The position numbers and the translations under genes were made by a program. From the NCBI GenBank assembly GCA_951813565.1, contig OX638351.1, forward strand, positions 4,928,001 through 4,992,000: DNA of 64,000 nt, written 5' to 3'. Below, piece after piece: positions 38,148-48,636 of this stretch. This DNA comes from an uncultured Poribacteria bacterium. Its GTDB lineage: Bacteria; Poribacteria; WGA-4E; WGA-3G. Each line of letters starts with the position of its first letter. Position 1 is the stretch's first letter. The notes under the pieces were generated by a model, which made no database searches, had not been told where the DNA came from, and was given only the letters and a program-made list of their open reading frames with translations.

Positions 38148-39392
38148 CTATTTCTCTGCATCAAGCAAAGCCTGATATGTGAACTTCCTGAATTCCCCTT
38201 GAAAAGGATAACGGTTATTCATAAGCTGCGTCATCAGAATCCCTATGAGTTCTTTTTCTGGGTCAATCCAAAAGGTTGTGGCAGCTGCACCGCCCCAACT
38301 GTATGCCCCTGTAGACCGTTTATTTTTATCGTCATCCTTACGGGTCACAACATGGAATCCGAGTCCGAATGCCCCATCTTTGCCATACTGATGATGTGGG
38401 TAACGCATCAGTTCAACGGTATCGGATTTTAAAATGCGCACGCCATCCAATTCACCACCATTGAGTAACATCTGACAAAAACGGAGATAATCCGCAGCAG
38501 TTGAAACGAGTCCACCGCCTCCCGAAGGGAAGAAGGATACATCATCGTTTGCAAGCGGCGCGTTTCTCGCAAGTCTAAGTCCACCTTCTTCTGTAGGTCT
38601 ATACAACGCAGCAAATCGCTCTACTTTTACCTGCGGAACTGAAAACGCTGTATCTACCATGCCGAGTGGTTTGAAAATCTTCGTCTGTAAAAATTCTTCA
38701 AACGGCATATCGGAAACAACCTCAACAAGATAACCGAGTACATCCGTAGAAACACCGTAGTTCCACCTTTCGCCGGGTTCGAAAACAAGCGGGATATCTC
38801 CCAGTTTCTCTGCCATCTCTGCTAAACCTGAACCGCGTTTAAAAATTTTCAGTTCACCATAGAGTTTATCAATAGGTTTGTCGCCCCACCCGTAAGTTAA
38901 TCCGGAAGTGTGGGTCAGGAGATGTTTCACTGTCATCTTATTTTTTGCGGCATGGGTTTCTGTCTGTTCTTTGTTGTATACCTTCATGTCTTTAAAGGCA
39001 GGTATATACATTTCAACGGGATCATCAAGTTGCAAACGCCCTTCATCATAAAGTACCATCACAGCAACGCTTGTAATCGGTTTTGACATTGAATAGATAC
39101 GGAATATCGTATCGGGTTCAACCGGTTTTTTATTTTCAACATCTCGCATGCCGATGGTTTCAAAATGTGCAATTTTCCCTTTCCTCGCTATGACAGTCAA
39201 GAATCCGGGTAGTTGTCCTTTGTCGACGTAACCTTGCAGCGTAGGTGCGATTTCTTGCAGTCGTTCAGCGGAAACACCAACATCCTCTGGTGCTGCCATC
39301 GGCAGGCCGTGCTCTTGCAGGACTGTAGCGGTTCCACAGGCGAGTATACCGATGCAGAAAACGAATAATAATATGGACTTTAGATTTCTCAA
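38148..39392 (-). CDS. Serine hydrolase, beta-lactamase family (probable lipoprotein)
   Basis: ILAC lipobox-like motif; IFRIYSMSKP, LLTHTSG, SWGG. Confidence 0.92.
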   Translation of the reverse strand: MRNLKSILLFVFCIGILACGTATVLQEHGLPMAAPEDVGVSAERLQEIAPTLQGYVDKGQLPGFLTVIARKGKIAHFETIGMRDVENKKPVEPDTIFRIYSMSKPITSVAVMVLYDEGRLQLDDPVEMYIPAFKDMKVYNKEQTETHAAKNKMTVKHLLTHTSGLTYGWGDKPIDKLYGELKIFKRGSGLAEMAEKLGDIPLVFEPGERWNYGVSTDVLGYLVEVVSDMPFEEFLQTKIFKPLGMVDTAFSVPQVKVERFAALYRPTEEGGLRLARNAPLANDDVSFFPSGGGGLVSTAADYLRFCQMLLNGGELDGVRILKSDTVELMRYPHHQYGKDGAFGLGFHVVTRKDDDKNKRSTGAYSWGGAAATTFWIDPEKELIGILMTQLMNNRYPFQGEFRKFTYQALLDAEK

Positions 39393-39410
39393 ATTAGTCT
39401 CCTTTTTTAT

Positions 39411-40205
39411 TTACGGAACTTGTTTAATATAGCCCCAACGTGTTGTCAATTTTGATTGTGGGTCAACAATAAGAATTTGGGCTAAGCCAACATCCTTAGC
39501 CTCTTTAATCTCATCTTCACTCCGTGCAACGTTGGAGATGCGTATCTCTTCAATGATACCTATCAATCCGTTTGCATTGTCAATATTTGGCACACCGATA
39601 GTAATCGGATCGTTGCTCTGAAACGAAGCCTCATTGGCTTTCTCTGCCTCTAATTGACCATCAACATAAAGCCGTCCCGTATCCCCGTCAAACGTAAAGG
39701 CGAGATGATGCCATTTGTTATCTGTAATTTGGGAGGTACCATTCATGTTAAACGCACATGCCCCATTTGCACCGATCTGTGCATGCAAGACTCTCTGATT
39801 AACCTCAACCCAAATGCCGTAATTTCGATTGGTACAACCTGCCTGCTGTTTGCAGACGATCCCCTGCCATTTGCCATCATGCCCTGTTACCTTGACCAAT
39901 ACCTCAATAGTGAGTGTTTCCAACTCCAATTTTTTCGTAGAATCTACGACAACATAACCGCTGCCATCACCAGGAAATTCTAAACCTGTTCCAAATTTCG
40001 CTTTGACCCACTTGAGACTACCGGTAATTTCACCACTGTGCCCATTCCCAGAAGCGTCTCGGACAGTCTTTCCATTTCCTTCCTCAAAGAGCCAAACGGC
40101 AACGGTGTTTCTATCAACAGCTGCATGTGTGGACATAACACTGAGCAAAACTAAGACCGCTGTAGCGATTGAAATATAGAATAACTTTGAACTGGTGCGT
40201 TTCAT
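39411..40205 (-). CDS. Secreted LamG protein with C-terminal KLTTRWGYIK motif
   Basis: Signal peptide, WLFEEG..DASGNG, WHHLAFTFD, IEEIRISNVAR. Confidence 0.9.
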   Translation of the reverse strand: MKRTSSKLFYISIATAVLVLLSVMSTHAAVDRNTVAVWLFEEGNGKTVRDASGNGHSGEITGSLKWVKAKFGTGLEFPGDGSGYVVVDSTKKLELETLTIEVLVKVTGHDGKWQGIVCKQQAGCTNRNYGIWVEVNQRVLHAQIGANGACAFNMNGTSQITDNKWHHLAFTFDGDTGRLYVDGQLEAEKANEASFQSNDPITIGVPNIDNANGLIGIIEEIRISNVARSEDEIKEAKDVGLAQILIVDPQSKLTTRWGYIKQVP

Positions 40206-40308
40206 GTTTACTTCCTCCTTTACTCCGATTGATCATGGCAAATACTATACGCGTATTTGCACTTCAGGAACATTATTACTAACAATACTGTAGACTTTGG
40301 TTATTTTA

Positions 40309-40684
40309 ACCTAAGTTGCCACCTATAAAATACTTCTAAATCCATGGGATTTGCTCTATAATGTTTCTATCAATAAAACAGAAGGAGAAACCCTATGGAA
40401 TTAACATTGTAGCAGTTTACACGATTTGTGACGATCTTTTAATTTCACTCGGTCATCAAACACATCCACAAGCACAAATGACGGATGCTGAAGTGATGAC
40501 AACTGCGATTATCGCAGCACAATATTTTGGAGGCAATCATCAAAGAGCTTGCTGTGTTCTGAAAATCCACGGATACATCCCGAATATGTTAGGACACTCC
40601 CGATATAATCGTCCATTTCATCGGATACCTCATTTGTTTCAAATACTTTTATGAAGATTGTGCTACATAGGTGGCAACTTAGGT
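40309..40684 (+). mobile_element. Internally deleted IS982-family element (transposase N-terminal remnant)
   Basis: TIRs ACCTAAGTTGCCACCTAT / ATAGGTGGCAACTTAGGT; remnant reads VYTICDDLL..MTDAEVMTTAIIAAQYFGGN..SRYNR. Confidence 0.85.
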
Positions 40685-40755
40685 TACCATAGTGAACTTT
40701 GTGTTTTTCTTAACATTTTGAACATGGTCGCGAGCTGGAGTTCGCTCCTACAGTA

Positions 40756-40905
40756 ACCCAAGTTGCTACCTATATCGCGAATGCTCTTGTAGGAGGGGTT
40801 TCTAACCCCGATTTAAAAAGAAGCATAAGAATTAGCTGGAAATCCTTGTTTTTCAGTAAAAAGCAAGGTCTACAAGCTTGAAATCTTGTCCGTAGCAACT
40901 TAGGT
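40756..40905. mobile_element. IS982-like MITE with 7-bp TSD TACAGTA
   Basis: Same TIRs and body as 12593-12745; TACAGTA at 40749-40755 and 40906-40912. Confidence 0.88.
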
Positions 40906-40937
40906 TACAGTAAGAGTTTTAGGGAGAAGGAAGAAAC

Positions 40938-41143
40938 TATAGTAAAATCTAAAATTACTTGGACAGTTCTTTATAGGTTTGATGTGTTTGTAGTCGCGCA
41001 ATTCATTGCGCCTCTTCCTGTGAATCAACGCCAAATAAGCGTTTAGTATTTGTCGGGAGCGAGCTCTAGCTCACGACTTTAAAACTGTAGGACACTTTGT
41101 CCGTGCCGAGTGACAATGTCCAGTTAATTGTAAAATCCACTAT
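40938..41143. mobile_element. TATAG-ended MITE-like shell containing REPs and one 34-nt unit
   Basis: TATAGTAAAATCTAAAATTACTTGGACA ... TGTCCAGTTAATTGTAAAATCCACTATA. Confidence 0.6.
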
Positions 41144-41197
41144 ATTAGAGAATTGAATGGCTCTGTGGGTTTCTATTTTCCGTTTGAAAGAGAACTT

Positions 41198-42211
41198 CTA
41201 ACTTGCTTTTGGGCTTCCTTTAAACACGGCATAAAGATACCAAAATGCAGGCACTAACATTATACCACCTATCACAACCACAATTAACACAGGTCGTAGC
41301 ACAGAATCGGGTGCTGCGGTGTTTGAAAAAGTCAGGTTTGGTGTAATGAGATAAGGAAACTGTGCTAATCCCCAACCGAAAATAATTAATGTGACTTGTA
41401 TCGGAACAAGTACACGCGCAAGTCGAAAGTAACGCTTCCAAATAGCCCAAATTGCACAGATCGCAACAGCACCCGTTAAGACATGAAACGGGATTGACCA
41501 AACACTATTGCCCAAGCCACGTCTTATTGAAGGTGCACCTTCCGCAGACAAAAGAAAACTGATCCCTGCCATTATACCGACACTGGCCGCAGCGATAAGT
41601 GCACGAACCCTAAAATCCTCCTGCAATGACGAATCGCCAGTTTCAAGGGTAAGATAAACCGAAGCAAGCAGCGCACACAGAGTCAAAGTGAAAAAGCCTA
41701 TCGCAAAAGGAAACGGTGCGAACCACGATGAGATAAAGTTGGTCTCTACTATGCCAGTATCTACATTGATCTGAATTGTACCTGATGCTACTGAACCTAA
41801 TGTGATACCTAACATAATTGGGGTGATAATACTCGCAACAGCGAACACACGGCTCCATCTGAGGTGTGTTGTGTCCGATTGATCATCGTAGGTCCGGAAA
41901 ACAAAGGCAGTACCGCGAAGCACAATGCCGATGAGCATTAGGGTGAGAGGAATATGTAAAGCGGTACCGATTGTCGCGAATGCTACTGGAAACGCTACAA
42001 AAAGCAAGACGACAATGACAATTAGCCAGACGTGGTTCGCCTCCCAGATAGGCGCGAGGGCATTAGTGATAATGTCTCGCTGTGCTTTCGCTCTGGGACC
42101 CGTCGCAAATAGGTCCCAGACGCCACCGCCGAAATCTGCACCGCCAGTCAACATATAGATAATTAGCGAGATTAACATCACACCTGCGATGCAGATTTCA
42201 AGACCGAACAT
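41198..42211 (-). CDS. cydB: Cytochrome bd ubiquinol oxidase subunit II
   Basis: GADFGGG, PIWEANHVWL. Confidence 0.95.
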   Translation of the reverse strand: MFGLEICIAGVMLISLIIYMLTGGADFGGGVWDLFATGPRAKAQRDIITNALAPIWEANHVWLIVIVVLLFVAFPVAFATIGTALHIPLTLMLIGIVLRGTAFVFRTYDDQSDTTHLRWSRVFAVASIITPIMLGITLGSVASGTIQINVDTGIVETNFISSWFAPFPFAIGFFTLTLCALLASVYLTLETGDSSLQEDFRVRALIAAASVGIMAGISFLLSAEGAPSIRRGLGNSVWSIPFHVLTGAVAICAIWAIWKRYFRLARVLVPIQVTLIIFGWGLAQFPYLITPNLTFSNTAAPDSVLRPVLIVVVIGGIMLVPAFWYLYAVFKGSPKAS

Positions 42212-42344
42212 TGTTTTCTCCGTTCACCCTTAGAGAAAGAAATAATTGTAGATTTAAAATTGAAGAATATACTATCCATAGGCGCTTTGTAGCGCGCCTA
42301 CCGTTGATCTCAAGAGTAAGAAGATAAGATAGCGTATTGATGCA

Positions 42345-43634
42345 TCAATTCTGGAAAATTTGACGGCGCAACAAGATTACAACGATTATTGACAGAAATA
42401 TGTAAAGCACAGTAAAACCGATAAACGGCACGATGAGATGCGGCATAGGTGTTACTGCTTCTGCTGTGCGCATATAGTTATAGATAATCCAGGGCTGCCT
42501 TCCAACTTCTGTAACTGTCCATCCTGCTTCAATAGCAATAAACCCAAGCGGTGTGCACCATGAAACAAACCTGAGGTACCAACTGTTGACAGGTAATCCT
42601 CTTTGTCTCCATGCCAACCATCCACCGAGGATACCCGCGACAATCATCACTATTCCACACGCGACCATTATCTGAAAAGCGAAATGCACAATTGCAACGG
42701 GTGGACGATCTTCAGGTGGAACGTCTTTGAGTCCCATGATTTCTGCATTGAAGTCAGAGTGTGCGAGAAAGCTAAGTGCTTTCGGAATTTCTATAGCGAA
42801 TCGGGTAACTTCAGCTTCTTCGTCTGGAATTCCACCAATGCGTAAAGGCGCGCCGCGTTCGGTTTCCCACTGCCCTTCCATTGCCGCGAGTTTGATAGGT
42901 TGATGCTTAGCAAGCCGTTTTGCGCTGATGTCACCAGAAATCGGTTGGAGAAGGGCAACTACACCACCGACACACAATGCAATCGCAAATGCTTTTCTAT
43001 GAAATGCGTTATCTGGGTCGCGTCTCAGAAAGTAGGCATGTATGCCAGCAACCGCAAATCCTACGGCGAGGAATGCAGCTAATGTCATGTGGAGTGCTTG
43101 GCTGAATGAGGAGGGATTTAGCATCGCTGCAATAGGGTCAATGTTGGTAACCTTTCCTTCAACGATTGAAAAACCTGTAGGTGTGTTCATCCAAGCGTTA
43201 GCAGTGACAACAAAAATGCCTGACAGCATTCCACCTACTAACACCATTACACCAGCGAACCAGTGGACATTCTTCGGCACACGTTCCCATCCGTATAAAT
43301 AGATGCCGAGAAAGATTGCCTCAACAAAGAACGCTAAGCCTTCCAAAGAAAATGGCATTCCGATAATTGGTCCAGCGTATGCCATGAAAGTCGGCCACAA
43401 CAAGCCGAGTTCAAAAGACAGAACAGTTCCTGAAACTGCCCCTACAGCAAACATGATAGCAGTACCTTTTGACCATCGTTTTGCGAGGGTGAGATAGGTT
43501 TTGTCCTTTGTTTTGAGCCACATCCCTTCGGCAATCACCATGAGTAGCGGCATCGCTATGCCGATGGAAGCGAAGATTATATGAAAAGCGAGAGACATCG
43601 CCATCTGAGCGCGCGCTGCTAATAGGTCTTCCAT
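42345..43634 (-). CDS. cydA: Cytochrome bd ubiquinol oxidase subunit I (short Q-loop)
   Basis: FHIIF, QPIKLAAMEG, GWTVTEVGRQPW. Confidence 0.95.
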   Translation of the reverse strand: MEDLLAARAQMAMSLAFHIIFASIGIAMPLLMVIAEGMWLKTKDKTYLTLAKRWSKGTAIMFAVGAVSGTVLSFELGLLWPTFMAYAGPIIGMPFSLEGLAFFVEAIFLGIYLYGWERVPKNVHWFAGVMVLVGGMLSGIFVVTANAWMNTPTGFSIVEGKVTNIDPIAAMLNPSSFSQALHMTLAAFLAVGFAVAGIHAYFLRRDPDNAFHRKAFAIALCVGGVVALLQPISGDISAKRLAKHQPIKLAAMEGQWETERGAPLRIGGIPDEEAEVTRFAIEIPKALSFLAHSDFNAEIMGLKDVPPEDRPPVAIVHFAFQIMVACGIVMIVAGILGGWLAWRQRGLPVNSWYLRFVSWCTPLGFIAIEAGWTVTEVGRQPWIIYNYMRTAEAVTPMPHLIVPFIGFTVLYIFLSIIVVILLRRQIFQN

Positions 43635-43650
43635 GTGACTTTACCCATAA

Positions 43651-43682
43651 CAAAAATAGGCGGGTGCAGTGACCCGCCTATA
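43651..43682 (-). terminator. Possible intrinsic terminator after the phyH-like gene
   Basis: Minus strand reads ATAGGCGGGT-CACTGC-ACCCGCCTAT followed by TTTT. Confidence 0.45.
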
Positions 43683-43696
43683 GGATACTGTAGTGA

Positions 43697-44536
43697 TTAT
43701 GATACCCACGGTTCAAGACCGAGAAGTTTTTTCCCTAACGGGGTCAACTCAGCAGTTTTGCCTTGGTTATGTTCTTTCTCTTTCTGATTTTTTCCGAGTC
43801 CTGTTAGTCGTTCGCGCCATCCTGTAACCCTATTTTCGTTTGTATCTTTGCCACCATTTGGCGCTGGTGACATTGTGATATATTGTGCCATCCGTGGACG
43901 TACAGCAGAGTTAGGACTACTACCATGCGGCAACGCACTGTGCCAGATAACAAGGTCTCCAGCCTTTCCTGCTATAGGAACTCCCTCATCCTGATATTCG
44001 CGTATCAAGCGGCGTGGGTCGGCATCGGTTGGGACGTTTTTCAACCACGACTCTAATTTTCGATGGAAGCCGGGGATGCAGGTAAATGCTCCCTGGTTGC
44101 CGGGGGTATCTGCGAGATATAAAACCCCTTGCACTTTTAACGTTACCGGCATATTATCTAACGACATGTCCCAATGCAAGTAGGGACCGGGAAACTTCCA
44201 ATCATCGCGTTCGGGGGGATTCATGCTGGCACGGTCAAAACTAACCCATAGTTTTTCATTATCCCAGATTTCTGAGAACGCTTGATGTACACGTGGATAT
44301 TGGCGGTTATCCCACAAAGCCTGATGTTGATAAATTTCCACCATAATGCCACGACGTGGCGGATCAGTAGGATACCAACTATCCGGATTGTCACCTTCCA
44401 TTTCAAGAAAATCCCATACGGCTTGTTCTGCAGCACGGCAATTTTTAAGCGGCACTGCTTCACGCACTACGACATAACCGTGTTCTTCCCAAAATTCTAA
44501 GTCTTCTTTACTAAAAACAGGCATGAGTTTCTCCAA
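43697..44536 (-). CDS. Phytanoyl-CoA dioxygenase (PhyH) family protein
   Basis: HWD facial triad, GDLVIWHSALPHGSSPN..R. Confidence 0.9.
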   Translation of the reverse strand: MEKLMPVFSKEDLEFWEEHGYVVVREAVPLKNCRAAEQAVWDFLEMEGDNPDSWYPTDPPRRGIMVEIYQHQALWDNRQYPRVHQAFSEIWDNEKLWVSFDRASMNPPERDDWKFPGPYLHWDMSLDNMPVTLKVQGVLYLADTPGNQGAFTCIPGFHRKLESWLKNVPTDADPRRLIREYQDEGVPIAGKAGDLVIWHSALPHGSSPNSAVRPRMAQYITMSPAPNGGKDTNENRVTGWRERLTGLGKNQKEKEHNQGKTAELTPLGKKLLGLEPWVS

Positions 44537-44630
44537 TATTTGATAAAGCTATACTTAAACATTATTAACGAAGCACTTACAAAGCGCGTCTACCGTGAAT
44601 TTTTCAATCAATCTGAATAACAACAAACAC

Positions 44631-45314
44631 TTATGATGTAAAATGCTGTCGGGCATATTCAAGTCGTTCCGGTACTCCGATATCAATCCATTCTGTTTCG
44701 ACTTTGTGAACGTAGAGTTGGGATAGGTAAGGGAAGACATCCCGTTCAATAGAAAAGACTTCTTTTTCTGGAAAAGCATTGACAATGGAGCGATTAAAAA
44801 GAAAAACTGCACCGTTAGCGCAGCCGGGGCGATCGGTTTGCTGCTTTTCCTTGAACTCACTTATACGTCCTTGTGCGTCAGCAACAATTTCACCGTAAGA
44901 TGTTAAATCAGACACCGAAATCCCAAGTAGTAATCCATCCATTTCAGGACGTAAAAAGGACAACATATCAGTTAAGGAGATATTTTTCATCAAGATGTCA
45001 CCGTGCAAAACAAAAACTGGAAAATCATCAACGAAACGAAATGCATTTTGAATTGCACCACCAGTGCCAAGTGGTTTATCCTCTTTGGCATATCGGATTT
45101 TCACGCCAGCACATTTTTCACCGACCTGTTTATATAGCACATCGTGTAGATGTCCAGAAGCAAGGATTACTTCATTTACACCAGCTTCAGCCAAAAGTGT
45201 TAACTGCCATTCTAAAACGGTGTTTTCACCAATTTTCAGAAGTATCTTCGGAAGTTTTGCCGTTGTCTTACCCAATCTGGTAGAAAGTCCGCCACAGAGA
45301 ATAATCGCTTGCAT
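44631..45314 (-). CDS. Sugar-phosphate nucleotidyltransferase
   Basis: ILCGGLSTRL..LPK, PLGTGGA, WIDIG. Confidence 0.9.
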   Translation of the reverse strand: MQAIILCGGLSTRLGKTTAKLPKILLKIGENTVLEWQLTLLAEAGVNEVILASGHLHDVLYKQVGEKCAGVKIRYAKEDKPLGTGGAIQNAFRFVDDFPVFVLHGDILMKNISLTDMLSFLRPEMDGLLLGISVSDLTSYGEIVADAQGRISEFKEKQQTDRPGCANGAVFLFNRSIVNAFPEKEVFSIERDVFPYLSQLYVHKVETEWIDIGVPERLEYARQHFTS

Positions 45315-45347
45315 GCAGAAATTTCCTTAGTGAACTATGAACACTCT

Positions 45348-45755
45348 GTCATAGGTACCCACTACCTAAAGGTAGGGGCTTGTGCTTCCTCGCGACTGCG
45401 GTTTTCGCTTAGCGTCCACCGTCTTAGTGTCGCTCCACTTTAGGCAGCCAAGCCCGCCTGTTTGATTTGTTTTTCGCAATGTCGTGGGTTGGCTCTGTTT
45501 CCACCCATTTTATAGCTGCCCTTTCTACCAGGCACGCCACGCGACAAGTCCTTAGACTTCGGGAGGGGGTGCCTCCGCTCACGCATTCCAGTCTGCATTA
45601 CTGCAGTAGCTTGATATGGACGCTATCCACCAACTTTATAGATTTCGTTATAGCGATGGGTTTTATTCCGCTTTCGCTGGACATTTTGTGATGTCCATCA
45701 CATTGTTAGCCGTGGAAATCCCACAAGCTAAAGCATGGGGATTTGACGGGGAGTG
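45348..45755 (-). mobile_element. Non-autonomous IS200/IS605-like element with structured omega-RNA-like body, copy 1
   Basis: Inverted copy of 57928-58334; subterminal hairpins at both ends; no TSD; TTTAA immediately upstream on the minus strand. Confidence 0.75.
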
Positions 45756-46163
45756 TTAAACTATAGAACCTTATGAGAATAAGGAAACATTTCTATGAGT
45801 TAATCCCACATTCCGCAGTTGTTTAATCAGAATTTAATATTTATAGGACAAACCCGTGTCACGAAAGGATCCGTACCGGATAATAGAGATTTGGTGCCGT
45901 GAATTAAGATTCCACTTGTCACTTTTCTTTTTCTCTAATTCACCTGAAATTGCTTGCTCGATGTAGGTGCCACGCAGGTTTGAGAAATAAATATCGAAAA
46001 TCGGAAATTCGAAGTGCGGAATGTAGGGTTAATGCGTTAGTAGTCGCACAATTCATTGTGCCTCTTTTTGTAGGAGCGAGCTCCAGCTAGCGACCTTATG
46101 ATAAAACTGTAGACCACTTTGTAAACACAGCGAACGACACTGTATTATGAATTGTAGAATCTA

Positions 46164-46550
46164 CTATAAATCACTTTCAGGCAGAAAATCAAATGCACTC
46201 TCAATTTGCTCAAGTCTTAGCACTTCTAACTTTGGCGACAAATGGATTGCAATTACATCAAAACGGCAGGGAACGTCCAATAAGTTTTGTGATTGTAGAT
46301 AAGCCAATGCGATTTTAGAAATTTGCCGCTGCTTCTGTTCGGTTACCGCGTATTGTGGCAAGCCAAACTTTAGACTACGCCGAGTCTTCACCTCAACAAA
46401 AACGATTCTTTTTTCTTGCTGGGCGATAAGGTCAATTTCACCACGTTGGAAACGGTAGTTTTGCGCAAGAATCTGATATCCTCGCGCTTTGAGATGTTCT
46501 GCTGCGAATGTTTCACCTATTTTTGCAATGTTCGGCAGTGAACGACGCAT
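46164..46550 (-). CDS. yraN: YraN family endonuclease-like protein
   Basis: GETFAAEHL..GY..NYR..GEIDLI..FVEVKTR..RFDV. Confidence 0.92.
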   Translation of the reverse strand: MRRSLPNIAKIGETFAAEHLKARGYQILAQNYRFQRGEIDLIAQQEKRIVFVEVKTRRSLKFGLPQYAVTEQKQRQISKIALAYLQSQNLLDVPCRFDVIAIHLSPKLEVLRLEQIESAFDFLPESDL

Positions 46551-46605
46551 TTGAGTTTCCTTGACTCCACCGCAAGTTGATAAATTTCCAAATGAATAGG
46601 TTTGA

Positions 46606-47196
46606 CTAATCTGGTAGCAATTTGAATGTATTTCTATGAATTGCTGAAGCACCAAACTGTGCTATTGCGAGACGATGTTGTGCTGTTGGATATCCTTTGT
46701 GTTGCTGAAACCCGTAATTCGGGTAAGTTTGATGGAATTCAATCATCAATCTATCGCGCGTTGTTTTTGCAATAACTGAAGCCGCAGCGATTGACAAACT
46801 TAAGCTATCACCCTTAGGAATTGCTTGCCCCGGAATGTTAGTTTTTGGCATCTTTGAACCATCCACAAGCAGATAATCAGGTTTCGGCGTGAGTTGTTCT
46901 ACTGCTTCCGCCATTGCTAATAGTGTAGCTTGTAGGATATTGAAACGCTCAATTTGACGGTTATCTAACGAACCGACTCCGACTGATATAGCAACACGGT
47001 GGATTTCGTCAACCAACAAGGAACGTTGTTTTGAAGTCAATTGTTTAGAATCTTTTAAACCGTGAATTTGACAACCGACAGGCAAGATGACAGCAGCAGC
47101 AACAACGGGACCTGCCAACGCCCCTCTACCCGCTTCGTCTATGCCAGCAATTAGGTTGTAACCATTTTGTCTGCGGGCGCGCTCAAAGGAGTCCAT
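46606..47196 (-). CDS. rnhB: Ribonuclease HII
   Basis: AGIDEAGRGALAGPV, DSK, SIAAASVIAK, HKGYPT. Confidence 0.97.
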   Translation of the reverse strand: MDSFERARRQNGYNLIAGIDEAGRGALAGPVVAAAVILPVGCQIHGLKDSKQLTSKQRSLLVDEIHRVAISVGVGSLDNRQIERFNILQATLLAMAEAVEQLTPKPDYLLVDGSKMPKTNIPGQAIPKGDSLSLSIAAASVIAKTTRDRLMIEFHQTYPNYGFQQHKGYPTAQHRLAIAQFGASAIHRNTFKLLPD

Positions 47197-47200
47197 CTTG

Positions 47201-47545
47201 TTATCTTCTTTGTTCTTTGACACGTGCAGATTTACCAGTGCGATCCCTCAAGTAGTATAACTTTGCACGCCGAACAGCCCCATATCGAACCACTTTAATA
47301 CTTTCAATATTGGGTGAATGAAGTGGGAATGTCCTTTCACTCCCTGTACCAAAGGCAACACGTCGGACCGTAAAAGTAGCACTGGTTCCGCCATGTGCAC
47401 GGCGAATCACGGTGCCTTCATAAGCTTGAATGCGCTCCTTCTGCCCTTCTCGGATACGGGTATTCACTCTAACAATGTCTCCAGGACTGAACTCTGGAAT
47501 ATCAGTTTTCTTATATTGATTTTCTACAGATTCTATTAAATTCAT
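47201..47545 (-). CDS. rplS: 50S ribosomal protein L19
   Basis: [24 protein letters not shown]. Confidence 0.98.
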   Translation of the reverse strand: MNLIESVENQYKKTDIPEFSPGDIVRVNTRIREGQKERIQAYEGTVIRRAHGGTSATFTVRRVAFGTGSERTFPLHSPNIESIKVVRYGAVRRAKLYYLRDRTGKSARVKEQRR

Positions 47546-47570
47546 TGTTTATTCCTCCTTTCTTCGTATT

Positions 47571-48305
47571 TTAACAAGATGATTTATTTTCTGATGTTTG
47601 CAAAAGAGCAAGTTCTTCATCAGTGAGTTCAAGGTTTTGAAGTAAATCTGGACGGCGTTGGGCAGTCCGTTTAATTGCTTCTGCATGCCGCCACTTTTTT
47701 ATGTTCTCATGATGCCCACTTAACAGCACTTCTGGCACTTTCATCTCCTCATATTCAGCAGGACGTGTATAATGTGGATGATCGAGCAAATCTTGACTAA
47801 AAGAGTCTTCATGTGCCGATTCAAAGTCTCCTAAAGCCCCCGGCAAAACGCGCCCGATGGCGTCAATTAGCACAAGTGCTGCGACTTCACCACCACTCAA
47901 AACGTAATCACCAATTGAGATTTCAGTTGTGACAATTTTTTGGCGAACCCGTTCATCAATCCCTTTGTAGCGACCACATATAAGGATAAGATGAGATTCC
48001 AGAGACAACGCTTCAACGAGCGATTGTGTCAACGGTGTGCCTTGTGGTGTTAAATACACAATTTGTGCATTGGATTCTGTGTTCAACGCTGCAACAGACG
48101 CAAAGAGTGGCTCTGGCTTGAGAATCATCCCCGCACCGCCACCATAAGGGTAGTCATCAACAGTTCTATGTTTATCTGTTGCCCAATCCCGCAGATTATA
48201 GACGTTAATACTGAGTCGGTCTGCGTCCTGAATGCGTTTTAAAATGCTTGTCTGCAGGGCGGGTAGGATTATCTCTGGAAACAGCGCGAGCACATCCATT
48301 TTCAT
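47571..48305 (-). CDS. trmD: tRNA (guanine-N1)-methyltransferase
   Basis: VDDYPYGGGAGM, SIGDYVLSGGE, YTRP. Confidence 0.98.
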   Translation of the reverse strand: MKMDVLALFPEIILPALQTSILKRIQDADRLSINVYNLRDWATDKHRTVDDYPYGGGAGMILKPEPLFASVAALNTESNAQIVYLTPQGTPLTQSLVEALSLESHLILICGRYKGIDERVRQKIVTTEISIGDYVLSGGEVAALVLIDAIGRVLPGALGDFESAHEDSFSQDLLDHPHYTRPAEYEEMKVPEVLLSGHHENIKKWRHAEAIKRTAQRRPDLLQNLELTDEELALLQTSENKSSC

Positions 48306-48326
48306 CTTGACGCTTGCCTGTCATCG

Positions 48327-48578
48327 CTATTCTTTAGTCCTCGGTTCCTCAAGTAGTTCAAGAATAACCTTTTTGTTTGTTTTCAATCCAGCAGTATATA
48401 GCAACGTTCTAATTGCTTTAAGAGTTCGTCCGTACCTACCGATAATTTTACCTAAATCCGCTTCTGCGACACTTAATTCAATAATAACCACCTTTTCGCC
48501 AGTTACTTCGCGGACTACTACATCATCAGGATAGTCAACAAGGGCTTTTACGATGTATTCAATAAGTTCTTTGAACAT
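48327..48578 (-). CDS. khpA: KH-domain RNA-binding protein
   Basis: LIEYIVKALVDYPDDV..DLGKIIGRYGRTLKAIR. Confidence 0.93.
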   Translation of the reverse strand: MFKELIEYIVKALVDYPDDVVVREVTGEKVVIIELSVAEADLGKIIGRYGRTLKAIRTLLYTAGLKTNKKVILELLEEPRTKE

Positions 48579-48636
48579 AACTAACTTTCAGTGGTTATAA
48601 AGCATAAAATAGAAAAAACCAGTAGCACCTGAAAAA

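Noticed and set aside
45467..45691. Paired ORFs MFFAMSWVG.. at 45467-45691 and 57973-58215
   Set aside because: They lie inside the repeated element, start at TTG, differ in stop position and show no transposase or nuclease motif.
45825..45990. Possible riboswitch or ~55-codon gene fragment on the minus strand
   Set aside because: No start codon or RBS, and no RNA or protein motif I can recognise.
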